Shown here: positions 22,656-30,626 of the stretch, in pieces | How positions within the stretch are numbered: position 1 is the first letter of the stretch | Layout: each line of letters opens with the position of its first letter | Assembly: GCA_030688545.1 (NCBI GenBank) | Contig: JAUYHT010000002.1 | Location: forward strand, 90,001 to 122,000 | Direction of reading: 5' to 3' | DNA from: Candidatus Iainarchaeum sp. | Lineage (GTDB): Archaea; Iainarchaeota; Iainarchaeia; Iainarchaeales; VGJJ01 | Length of the DNA stretch: 32,000 nt | Program-made: the position numbers and the translations under genes | The notes under the pieces: model-generated | Database searches by the model: none | Seen by the model: only the letters and a program-made list of their open reading frames with translations | Told to the model about the DNA's origin: nothing

Positions 22656-22676
22656 GGCGAGAATGGATGGAAAGGA

Positions 22677-22904
22677 ATGCCTGCCACCATTGGTCCTACT
22701 GGAATCAAGCGACGCCGGTCCATTGGATTGGTCAGTCTGGTCATCGCAGGAGTGTTGAGCGGGTACCTGGTGGCGTTCTCATTCGATGCCCTGGCCCGCG
22801 TGATCGTATTTCCATTTTTCCTGGTTGGATTCATCTCGCTCCTCGAGGCCCAAAAAGGGGTGTGCGTGGTGCAACCCTTTCAAAAGAAGACGGAGATGGA
22901 TTGA
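22677..22904 (+). CDS. small membrane protein (75 aa, two TM helices)
   Basis: IGLVSLVIAGVLSGYLVAFSF and VIVFPFFLVGFISLLEA. The ATG is about 27 nt downstream of the A/T box at 22644-22655, which is also about 29 nt from the divergent ogt ATG. Confidence 0.45.
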   Translation: MPATIGPTGIKRRRSIGLVSLVIAGVLSGYLVAFSFDALARVIVFPFFLVGFISLLEAQKGVCVVQPFQKKTEMD

Positions 22905-23063
22905 ATGGCTTTCAAACGAAGGAAATTTAACTCCTCCTCCAAAAAAATATCGATGGCTCCCAAACCCCGCCATGACCAGGAAGTGGAAAGGATTTCTCAT
23001 CAAATAATTTGGGTGGGAATCCTCGCTGCAAGTGTGTGTACGCTCATCGTGATGGCAATCTGA
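22905..23063 (+). CDS. possible 52-aa tail-anchored membrane peptide
   Basis: Hand translation: MAFKRRKFNSSSKKISMAPKPRHDQEVERISHQIIWVGILAASVCTLIVMAI. The ATG directly abuts the TGA of the preceding small ORF. Below the track cutoff, with no family recognised. Confidence 0.25.
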   Translation: MAFKRRKFNSSSKKISMAPKPRHDQEVERISHQIIWVGILAASVCTLIVMAI

Positions 23064-23082
23064 AAAAAAAAGATGTGACATC

Positions 23083-23703
23083 ATGAAAAAAATCCAAACA
23101 CCCATCCTCATCTCCGGCTTAATCGGAAGCGGGAAAAGCACGCTCGCACGAAGATTGGGAAAAAAATATGGGTTGCGTTTCATCTCGGGCTCGCAGGTGC
23201 ATCGTGACGTGCTCGCGGAACGATTAGGCATTTCAGTGAAGCGGATGAACACCCCCGGATTCTGGGAAACGGAATTAGGAAAGAAAGGAACTCACATGCG
23301 GGCTGGCGATTTGAATATGGATAAGGAAGTGGACGCGCGGCTCGTGAAACGATTGAAACAATTCCCTTCATCCATCACGGATTCGAGATTGATGCCCTGG
23401 CAGTATAAGGGAAAAGCCATCCGCATCTGGCTCACGGCCCCTGAGAAGGAGCGGGCGGCGCGCGTGGCCCAGAGGGATGGAAGCACGCATCACGCGGCTC
23501 TGACAGCCATTCGGGAGAGGGGGAACACTGACCAGAGAATTTACAAAAAGCTCTATGGCATCGCCTTCGGAATGGATCTATCCCCATTCGATTTGGTGCT
23601 CACCAACACAGGATTCACCCCGACTGAAACATTCGGGTGTGTAGATAAATACATCCGGGTATGCATGGGTGTTGAAAAATCCCAGGGGAAAAAGAAGCGT
23701 TAA
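23083..23703 (+). CDS. cmk: archaeal-type cytidylate (CMP) kinase
   Basis: P-loop ISGLIGSGKST. IRIWLTAPEKERAARVAQRDG...IRERGNTDQRIYKKLYGIAFGMDLSPFDLVLNT is collinear with archaeal Cmk. Confidence 0.8.
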   Translation: MKKIQTPILISGLIGSGKSTLARRLGKKYGLRFISGSQVHRDVLAERLGISVKRMNTPGFWETELGKKGTHMRAGDLNMDKEVDARLVKRLKQFPSSITDSRLMPWQYKGKAIRIWLTAPEKERAARVAQRDGSTHHAALTAIRERGNTDQRIYKKLYGIAFGMDLSPFDLVLTNTGFTPTETFGCVDKYIRVCMGVEKSQGKKKR

Positions 23704-23729
23704 TAAGCCTGTCGGGCTCTGGATGCGTG

Positions 23730-24281
23730 ATGCGCCCGCTCGTATTGTTGGGATTAGGAATGCTTTTTCTCCTCTTTGCCGGGTGCACGGAAATCGCCTC
23801 GCGGAACAATGCCGGGGAGAGCAATCTGTTGGATCGACTATCAACCGAAGAGGGCATCCAACCCGGGGACACGGTGATTCTTTATTATTGGGGACGATTT
23901 GAAGACGGCACCCAATTCGATGGAACGATGGCGGGGAGCCCGGCGACATTCGAAGTGGGAAAAGGCATGCTCATCCCGGGGTTCGAGCAGGGATTATACG
24001 GATTGAAAGTGGATGACCGCACCTTCATCGACGTGGAGCCCGCCATGGGATACGGGGAATATAACCCCGCCTTGGTTCAGGAATTCGACTCCCAATTACT
24101 CATCGATGCCAACATCCCCCTGGAAGTGGGACGGAAGGTGGACACCAGCATCGGCGGAGGGGAAATTGTGGATGTGAACATGGAAACGAATAAGGTGACG
24201 GTAAACTTCAACCACCCCCTCGCCGGGAAGAAACTCATATTTGAAGTTGTTATTGTGGAAATACGGCGAAATTTAGGGTGA
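23730..24281 (+). CDS. FKBP-type peptidyl-prolyl cis-trans isomerase with signal peptide and lipobox-like Cys
   Basis: GDTVILYYWGRFEDGTQFDGT...ATFEVGKGMLIPGFEQGLYGLKVDDRTFIDVEPAMGYGEYNP...NHPLAGKKLIFEVVIVEI is a SlyD/FKBP-like core with an IF insert. N-terminal MRPLVLLGLGMLFLLFAGC. The track start is GTG 23727; the first ATG is at 23730. Confidence 0.85.
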   Translation: MRPLVLLGLGMLFLLFAGCTEIASRNNAGESNLLDRLSTEEGIQPGDTVILYYWGRFEDGTQFDGTMAGSPATFEVGKGMLIPGFEQGLYGLKVDDRTFIDVEPAMGYGEYNPALVQEFDSQLLIDANIPLEVGRKVDTSIGGGEIVDVNMETNKVTVNFNHPLAGKKLIFEVVIVEIRRNLG

Positions 24282-24433
24282 ACCGTTAGAAATAATCAAA
24301 AAACCACCGTGAATAAATTTGATGGGGAGAAAAAAAAATTGATCCCAATTCTATTTTGGAAATAATTCTATTTTTGAAAATTTGAACGAGGAAAAAAAGC
24401 AAAAAAAATAAATGGATTACCGTGTAGAAACAC

Positions 24434-24637
24434 TCACTTCTTTATCGCCAATCGGATATCCGCGCCGGTGATGGTTTTTCTCCCCGCGTGCTTGGCGAAC
24501 ACTGCGGCCTCGCGGGAGAGGTGCATGCCAGAATCTTCCATGTGCTCGGCCAGGACTTTGGCGGCCTCTTCGGAGACACGGATACCCGTGGCTTTACGGA
24601 TGATGCGGTCCACGGCAGCCAAGGGGAGTTCGGTCAT
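24434..24637 (-). CDS. archaeal histone (single histone fold, 67 aa)
   Basis: MTELPLAAVDRIIRKATGIRVSEEAAKVLAEHMEDSGMHLSREAAVFAKHAGRKTITGADIRLAIKK is HMf-like. I start at Met35 of the track ORF. TTTATATT box on the minus strand (24670-24677). Confidence 0.85.
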   Translation of the reverse strand: MTELPLAAVDRIIRKATGIRVSEEAAKVLAEHMEDSGMHLSREAAVFAKHAGRKTITGADIRLAIKK

Positions 24638-24774
24638 AGGGGGTCCTAACCCATTATCTCGTGCACCAAAATATAAAGCCATTGCCTTTATTTCGCCGAA
24701 GAAACCCGCAAATGCCTTAGAATGACGAAAAAGAGGCATTCCAAGCCATTTTCTCGGCGGCGCGGTGTTAGCGG

Positions 24775-24784
24775 CTTTAAAATA
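24775..24784 (+). promoter_or_regulatory. TATA-like box CTTTAAAATA for hef
   Basis: Centre about 25 nt upstream of ATG 24805. Confidence 0.5.
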
Positions 24785-24804
24785 CGCGCCAGCAAAAGAT
24801 AAAC

Positions 24805-27192
24805 ATGACCTCCTATATTTCGCACCCCCTCATCCAAGAGCATACGCTCGAGCGGCGGCTCTATCAGGAAGTGATTGCCGCCCAGGTGATGGAGAAAGGG
24901 AATACCCTCGTTGTAGCTCCCACGGCCCTGGGGAAAACGGTGATAGCGGTCCTCGTGGCGGCGCATCTCCTTCAAAAAAACCCTCAAAGAAAGATATTAT
25001 TTCTCGCCCCCACCAAACCATTAGCGGTCCAGCACGCGGCCCGGATGAAAGCATTCCTCACCCTCGAGGAGGGAAAAATCAATGTGCTCACGGGCGCATT
25101 ATCCCCTGATAAACGGAAAGCCCTGTGGGATACCTCCATAATTATCACCGCCACTCCCCAAACCATTGAAAACGATGTCCTCACGGGGAGACAGGAACTG
25201 GAAGATGTGCAACTACTCATATTTGATGAGGCGCACCGGGGGGTGAAGGATTATGCCTATGTCTATTTGGCCCAGCGCTACATGAAAATCCGCGCCCCAG
25301 AAGGAAAAAGGATCATCCTCGCTCTGACAGCGTCCCCGGGATCGGAAGAGGAAACGATACAGGATGTGTGCAAGAACCTCTTCATCCAACACATTGTCGT
25401 GAAGACGATGCAGGACCCGGATGTCAAACCGTATGTGAATCCCATCAATGTGGAATGGCGTCGAGTGAAACTGCCGGAGGAATACCGCGAGATAAAAAAC
25501 CATTTGGAAGAATTCATAAAAGAACAAATCCACTTCTTCAAACGAATGGGGTATGCGCAGAAATTGCATTTCCCCCACTACATCAAGCGGAAGGACATCA
25601 TGGAATTACAGATACAGCTGCGGGAGGACATGCTGCAATACGGGAACACCAAACCATCGTTATACCATGCGGTGAGTAAAGTGGCGGCCCTCTTGAAGGT
25701 GACGCATGCTATTACCTTGTTGGAGAGCCAGGGCGTGCATACCTTACTCATTTATTTTGAAAAACTCTATGCCGAATCCACACGCAGTGGGTCATCCAAA
25801 GCCGCCAAATTGGTTTTCGAAAACCCGCATATCCGACAGGCGTATGTGCGGACCAAAGTCCATGCTGAAACTAAAGAATTAGAACACCCCAAGATAGGAT
25901 TGCTCACGCGCCTGCTCACCTCCCAATTTGAGAAAAACCCAGATTCACGAGTATTGGTATTCAACCACTATAGGGACTCGGTGGCCTATGTGACGGAGGC
26001 CCTGAATGATCATCCCCCCATCCGAGCGGCGCGATTCATCGGGCAGGCCACCAAATCAGCCAAAGACAAAGGGTTGAGTCAGAAACAACAGATCAACCTG
26101 CTTGAATTATTCAGGGAGGGGACGTATAATACTCTCGTAGCTAGTTCGGTCGCGGAGGAAGGATTGGACCTTCCCTCCGTGGATTTGGTAATATTCTATG
26201 AACCGGTGCCCAGTGAAATCCGCTTAATTCAGAGACGAGGAAGGACGGGGCGAAAGGAGGCGGGAAAGGTCATCATCCTCATGGCGGAAAAGACGATGGA
26301 TGAGGCCATGTATTGGGCGTCCATGCGGAAAGAGAAAAATATGCACGCCACGCTTGATAAACTCTCATCCACCGCCACCCATATCACCGCCCCGTTCAGG
26401 GACCAAACAACCCTCGCCCAGCACGCGGAAGAGAAGATCATTGTATTCGCGGACACGCGGGAGCAAGCCTCTTCGGTCATGCGCGAACTCTCATTCTACA
26501 CGGATGTCAAAGTGCACGTGAAACAGTTGGAAGTAGGGGATTTTATCGTTGGACCGGATGTGGTGGTGGAACGGAAAACCGTGAATGATTTCCTGAGCAG
26601 CGTGCTGGATGGACGATTATTAAATCAGCTCATGGACATGAGCCAGGCGTATGCGCGACCGGTGATCCTACTAGAGGGAAAGCCGGAGGAATTATTCACG
26701 CTCCGCAACATCCATGAGCACGCCATCATCGGGATGCTATCTACCATTGCCCTGACGTATCGGATTCCCATTCTTTTCACTCGAGATGCCAAAGAGAGCG
26801 CCAAATTCCTCCACCAGATGGCCAAGCGGGAACAGGTGGCCAAGGATAGGGAAATACGTTTACGTCTGGGAAGGAAAGGGTTTACCCTGGAGGAACAACA
26901 GCAATTCCTCGTGGAAAGCCTCCCCCTTGTGGGGCCTAACCTGGCCCAATCCCTCCTAGGACATTTTGGAAACATCCAGAAATTGACCAATGCCACATTG
27001 GAAGAGTTGGAGGAGGTGGAGAAAATAGGCCCAAAAAAAGCCGCGGCCATCCTCAAGGTGCTGCAGGCCCCCTATACCTCCGAGAAGAAAGAGAAGACGA
27101 CGCGTGTCCTCCCTCCCGAATGGGAAAAGGAAATGGCCGAAATGAAAACGGTTACGGATGTTCCGGATGGGGAGGAGTTGCCATTTGATTGA
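24805..27192 (+). CDS. hef: Hef (helicase-associated endonuclease for fork-structured DNA; archaeal XPF/FANCM homologue)
   Basis: 795 aa. SF2 helicase motifs (APTALGKT, FDEAHRG, helicase C LVASSVAEEGLDLPSVDLVIFYEPVPSEIRLIQRRGRTGR). ERCC4 nuclease domain (VGDFIVGPDVVVERKTVNDF). C-terminal HhH2 (LPLVGPNLAQSLLGHFGNIQKLTNATLEELEEVEKIGPKKAAAI). Confidence 0.9.
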   Translation: MTSYISHPLIQEHTLERRLYQEVIAAQVMEKGNTLVVAPTALGKTVIAVLVAAHLLQKNPQRKILFLAPTKPLAVQHAARMKAFLTLEEGKINVLTGALSPDKRKALWDTSIIITATPQTIENDVLTGRQELEDVQLLIFDEAHRGVKDYAYVYLAQRYMKIRAPEGKRIILALTASPGSEEETIQDVCKNLFIQHIVVKTMQDPDVKPYVNPINVEWRRVKLPEEYREIKNHLEEFIKEQIHFFKRMGYAQKLHFPHYIKRKDIMELQIQLREDMLQYGNTKPSLYHAVSKVAALLKVTHAITLLESQGVHTLLIYFEKLYAESTRSGSSKAAKLVFENPHIRQAYVRTKVHAETKELEHPKIGLLTRLLTSQFEKNPDSRVLVFNHYRDSVAYVTEALNDHPPIRAARFIGQATKSAKDKGLSQKQQINLLELFREGTYNTLVASSVAEEGLDLPSVDLVIFYEPVPSEIRLIQRRGRTGRKEAGKVIILMAEKTMDEAMYWASMRKEKNMHATLDKLSSTATHITAPFRDQTTLAQHAEEKIIVFADTREQASSVMRELSFYTDVKVHVKQLEVGDFIVGPDVVVERKTVNDFLSSVLDGRLLNQLMDMSQAYARPVILLEGKPEELFTLRNIHEHAIIGMLSTIALTYRIPILFTRDAKESAKFLHQMAKREQVAKDREIRLRLGRKGFTLEEQQQFLVESLPLVGPNLAQSLLGHFGNIQKLTNATLEELEEVEKIGPKKAAAILKVLQAPYTSEKKEKTTRVLPPEWEKEMAEMKTVTDVPDGEELPFD

Positions 27193-27255
27193 CATCATTC
27201 AAGCTATTTTGGGATGAAATTGTTTTGGATTGAAATTGAACGATGAAAAAATAAA

Positions 27256-28671
27256 TCACCCATTCACCGCATACACCCGTGCGTGCTCAGAGGAATGTAC
27301 CAGGCTCAGCTGCTCGCAGGGGGAAAGATCGAGCAAACCCAATTCCACGGAACGGGAATATAATTCGTCTTGAGGAAGATACAGGTGCGTGGCTCTGAAG
27401 GATTGTAGGGCATGGGAAACCGTTTGGCAATTAGAGGAATAGAAAGCCTCCCCCATGATGGCATTGCGCCTATCCAGATCGGGGGCGAATTCAAAATAGC
27501 CATCGATCACCACGGGACGTTTAGTATAGTAGGTCATCACGTGGCCCTGGTCCCAAATGGTCAGAATGACGGCATCGGAGGGCGTATTGGTTTGGATGAA
27601 CGTGAGCGCCGCGTGCTCGGCGGGGTGCACATACGGGTTTTCCGCACTCATGATTTGACCCACGACAACTATTCCTAAGAGTAACATCATCCCCCCCAGA
27701 ATGGGGAGACCGCGTTTGAGGGAATGAATATGGGAAATGACCCACATCATTCCATACCCCCCCAGGATGGCCAGGAAGGGGGTCAAATAGTTCACTAACC
27801 GCATACCGAATGCGGCCGCGATAAAGGCGAGGAAAAACCAGACCAGCACGTATTCGTGGGGTTTTCCTTTGACCAAACCGGCGAGACCCAAAGCCCAAAC
27901 AAAAGGGAAGAATAGAACGATTCCCAGCACCCAAAAAGGGGTTAATTCGGAGGCGTCCAAGGAGACGGGGGAAATGTAATCCGAAAAGGGCAATCCTATC
28001 GAATGAATCCAGAGGAAGAAAGTGAGGAGCATGCCGACTAAAGCAAGGGGAAGAAAAAGAGAAACGTGGTGGCGCCTGAACATAGCGACACCCAACATTC
28101 CCATGAGGAGAAACGCGTACACCACCGCGGAGAGGGGGTGGAGGAGAACCAGAGCGACGCTTCCCACCAACGCAGGAATCTCCCGGCGGGACACCCACAA
28201 ATACAGGAGAAAAGGAATCATGAGTGTGGCCAGGGAATCCGGGCGCAAAAAAGCGGCCGTGCGCCAAGCATAAATAGTGGTCATTCCCGCGAAAAGAGCG
28301 GACCACACTGCCATTCCCTGGGATTGTGAGAGATGGTGCGCCAATCGGTATACGGCGAAAACGAATAATCCGCCCACTAGTACGCCGAGGATTTTTAGTA
28401 CGAGCAAGGAAGAAAGTCCGGTGAGCAAAGCCAGTGTGCCCACGAGCACATGTAACAAGGGGGGATACGAATACACGCGCCCCTGCATGGAAAGGAAATC
28501 CCATTCGAGAAGGGACTGGGAGGAAGCGATGTTGTCTGACAGGCGGGCATGGAAATGGGCATCCGGATCCACCAAACCTTCAAACTGGAAAGGGACGCTG
28601 CGCACCATCATGGCGAGAAGGGCAATGAGGAGGAGCACCAGCCATGGATGGCGGAGCGCGGACCTAATCAT
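27256..28671 (-). CDS. GT-C fold membrane glycosyltransferase, short STT3/AglB-like
   Basis: 471 aa with at least 11 hydrophobic helices. First external loop LVDPDAHFHARL resembles the STT3/AglB DxD...H.R loop. TIWDQGHVMTYY sits where WWDYG is expected. Only ~85 aa follow it, ending in the AglB-like RVYAVNG. Confidence 0.55.
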   Translation of the reverse strand: MIRSALRHPWLVLLLIALLAMMVRSVPFQFEGLVDPDAHFHARLSDNIASSQSLLEWDFLSMQGRVYSYPPLLHVLVGTLALLTGLSSLLVLKILGVLVGGLFVFAVYRLAHHLSQSQGMAVWSALFAGMTTIYAWRTAAFLRPDSLATLMIPFLLYLWVSRREIPALVGSVALVLLHPLSAVVYAFLLMGMLGVAMFRRHHVSLFLPLALVGMLLTFFLWIHSIGLPFSDYISPVSLDASELTPFWVLGIVLFFPFVWALGLAGLVKGKPHEYVLVWFFLAFIAAAFGMRLVNYLTPFLAILGGYGMMWVISHIHSLKRGLPILGGMMLLLGIVVVGQIMSAENPYVHPAEHAALTFIQTNTPSDAVILTIWDQGHVMTYYTKRPVVIDGYFEFAPDLDRRNAIMGEAFYSSNCQTVSHALQSFRATHLYLPQDELYSRSVELGLLDLSPCEQLSLVHSSEHARVYAVNG

Positions 28672-28674
28672 ATA

Positions 28675-29220
28675 TCACTCCCTCAACCCGGATAGGGCAG
28701 CGCGCTCGATGAAATAATCTTCAGGGGACAAGGGGAAGGAAGGAAGTGAGAGGCCAGCCCCAAAAGAAACCAGGCCTGGAGTGAAATGAATGTCTTTGGA
28801 AAAAGATGAGAGGATACTATTCATTCGGGCAGAAGAAGGGAGAAGAAATCCTACAACGCATTCTTTTTCTTTGGACGACCATCCCACGCGGGATTGGGCC
28901 TTCTCCAGATGCCTCTCGCCCGCCACCCGGCCCAACCATTCTAATTCAGGCCGGCGGAAGGCCATGGAGTTGGCATTCAGCGCCAAGGCCATCCCGGCCC
29001 CGGCAAATCCCACATGCGCCAGCCCTCCTATTTTGGAAGCGGGAAACACCTGAACCACGCATGGGGAAAAAGGACGCGTTTGGGTCCACGTCGATATCTT
29101 TTTAAGCGTGTCAATGGCACTCGTGCTATCCAACACGCCCGGCATGATCCCTATTTTCCATGGCTTCCCCAGGAGTGGACGCAAGTCCATTGAAAGGGGG
29201 GCGATAGAAGAGGGAGACAT
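28675..29220 (-). CDS. hypothetical protein (181 aa), abutting the downstream AglB-like gene
   Basis: No motif recognised (MSPSSIAPLSMDLRPLLGKPWKIGIMPGVLDST...). Its stop and the downstream ATG read TGA-TAT-ATG. A CTATAAAA/TTTTATAG box (29245-29252) lies about 28 nt upstream of its ATG. Confidence 0.5.
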   Translation of the reverse strand: MSPSSIAPLSMDLRPLLGKPWKIGIMPGVLDSTSAIDTLKKISTWTQTRPFSPCVVQVFPASKIGGLAHVGFAGAGMALALNANSMAFRRPELEWLGRVAGERHLEKAQSRVGWSSKEKECVVGFLLPSSARMNSILSSFSKDIHFTPGLVSFGAGLSLPSFPLSPEDYFIERAALSGLRE

Positions 29221-29266
29221 GCTAATCCCCCAAACGGGACAGGGCTATAAAACAAGGGGTTTCACG

Positions 29267-29779
29267 ATGACGCAATGGCATGAGAAGAGCAAACGGAAGA
29301 GCACCGGGGGCATCCGTACGAGCGTCAACCGCGCCACCAAGCGATTGCACCAGAAAGGAGGGGATTTCTCTGGGACGACATTGGATGCCCAGCGGAATAC
29401 TGTGAAAGTACTCTCCGGACGCGGAAACACCCACAAATCCAAAGCGATGCATGCCCATACTGTCTCGGTGACGGATCCCAAAACCGGGAAAACGGAAAAG
29501 ATGACCATTATCTGGGTGCATGAAAATGCCGCCAACCGCCTCTGGGTCCGCCGGAATATCCTGAGCAAAGGAACCCTTATTGAGGTCCAGGATGCCCAAG
29601 GAAACAAACACTTCGCTTCCGTAACCAGCCGACCCGGGCAATCCGGGATCGTTAATGCAGTCATGGCCGCGGCCCCTGAAGAAAAGAAAAAGGCCGGCCG
29701 AGGCGCCCGTGCGCGCACCGCGCGAAAAGCCCGCGCACCCAAAAGCCCGGTGAAGACCAGCGACGAAACCGCTAAATAA
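29267..29779 (+). CDS. rps8e: 30S ribosomal protein S8e with a basic C-terminal extension
   Basis: MTQWHEKSKRKSTGGIRTSVNRATKR... is the canonical S8e N-terminus. The core ends near SGIVNAVM, then AAAPEEKKKAGRGARARTARKARAPKSPVKTSDETAK. I start at Met54 of the track ORF. AAGGGGT SD-like element lies 8 nt upstream. Confidence 0.9.
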   Translation: MTQWHEKSKRKSTGGIRTSVNRATKRLHQKGGDFSGTTLDAQRNTVKVLSGRGNTHKSKAMHAHTVSVTDPKTGKTEKMTIIWVHENAANRLWVRRNILSKGTLIEVQDAQGNKHFASVTSRPGQSGIVNAVMAAAPEEKKKAGRGARARTARKARAPKSPVKTSDETAK

Positions 29780-29821
29780 TGTAGAAGCCTTTCGCCCGTC
29801 GATGACCTATCCGTCTGGGGA

Positions 29822-30433
29822 ATGTTTAATAATCTGGGAATGCTTTTCCAGGTCACCATGACAAGACCCGGACAAAAACCACCCGCTCGAAAAACGCCCA
29901 TACGGAATGCGGCACGTGCCACCAGAGACGCACTCACAAAATTCGCATTGGCAGGCACCCTGAAATCAAGAATTGGACGGGCGGAGGAGCGAAAGAAATT
30001 GATTGAACAAGATATACGCTTTTTTCCTCCGTGGGATCCTGCTAGAACTTTTTACGAAGAACTATACCAACGCCAACAAGAACGGCTAGAAGAACTTCGC
30101 AGCAAAGCTGGAAGAAAAGCCGGACGAATAGAAGAGAAAGCGAAAACCAAAGATGAGAGAGCACGTAGATATTCTATCGGAGCCGAAAAATTATGGCAAG
30201 ATAAAGAAAGGGCGAAGTTGGCTTGGCTTCAAGCCCCCAGAAGTACCGCTAGAGAAAGTTATGAAAGAAATAAACTACACGCGATTTACAAATTTCTTTT
30301 AGCTGAATCAAGAAAAACTAATCTTTGGATTCGAGAGTCGGAAATAGCTACTGATAAAGCAGAAAATCTCAGAAGAAAAGCCCGCCGATTCCGAACGTTA
30401 GCCGCTGGAAAACCCCCTCGGGAAAGAAAATAG
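29822..30433 (+). CDS. hypothetical Arg/Lys-rich coiled-coil protein
   Basis: 203 aa, highly basic (RKKLIEQ..., RQQERLEELRSKAGRKAGRIEEKAKTKDERARR, KAENLRRKARRFR). No family recognised. It is the only long ORF in 29780-30530. Start uncertain. Confidence 0.4.
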   Translation: MFNNLGMLFQVTMTRPGQKPPARKTPIRNAARATRDALTKFALAGTLKSRIGRAEERKKLIEQDIRFFPPWDPARTFYEELYQRQQERLEELRSKAGRKAGRIEEKAKTKDERARRYSIGAEKLWQDKERAKLAWLQAPRSTARESYERNKLHAIYKFLLAESRKTNLWIRESEIATDKAENLRRKARRFRTLAAGKPPRERK

Positions 30434-30626
30434 CCCAAATTTTTTCCATTTCGCATGAAACACATGGGCCGCTATTATAAGCGGAAAGTCATTTTATTTA
30501 TAAAGAAAACTATCTCTTTTATATAGTTCAAGCGCAGCAATGGATTATCGGGTTCTCTTTAGCACAGGCTCTTTTTATGTAGGAGTCTTTGGCGTCAGGG
30601 TCCTGGAGAGGAAAGGTGGTACGATC

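Noticed and set aside
22779-23252. 157-aa minus-strand ORF
   Set aside because: It overlaps the P-loop-encoding start of cmk and the small membrane ORFs on the other strand. No recognisable features and no promoter box.
27521-28504. 327-aa minus-strand ORF in an alternative frame of the AglB-like gene
   Set aside because: Its Arg/Gly/Pro-rich translation lacks hydrophobic structure. The overlapping 471-aa frame gives a coherent polytopic membrane protein.
29244-29253. The CTATAAAA box as a shared bidirectional TATA for rps8e and the divergent 181-aa ORF
   Set aside because: It is about 28 nt from the minus-strand ATG but only about 19 nt from the rps8e ATG, too close for a leaderless start. 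rps8e also has an SD-like AAGGGGT, which suggests a promoter further upstream.
29245-29958. 237-aa minus-strand ORF
   Set aside because: It is antisense to the well-supported rps8e gene, and its Ala/Arg-rich translation is typical of an opposite-strand frame in GC-rich coding DNA.
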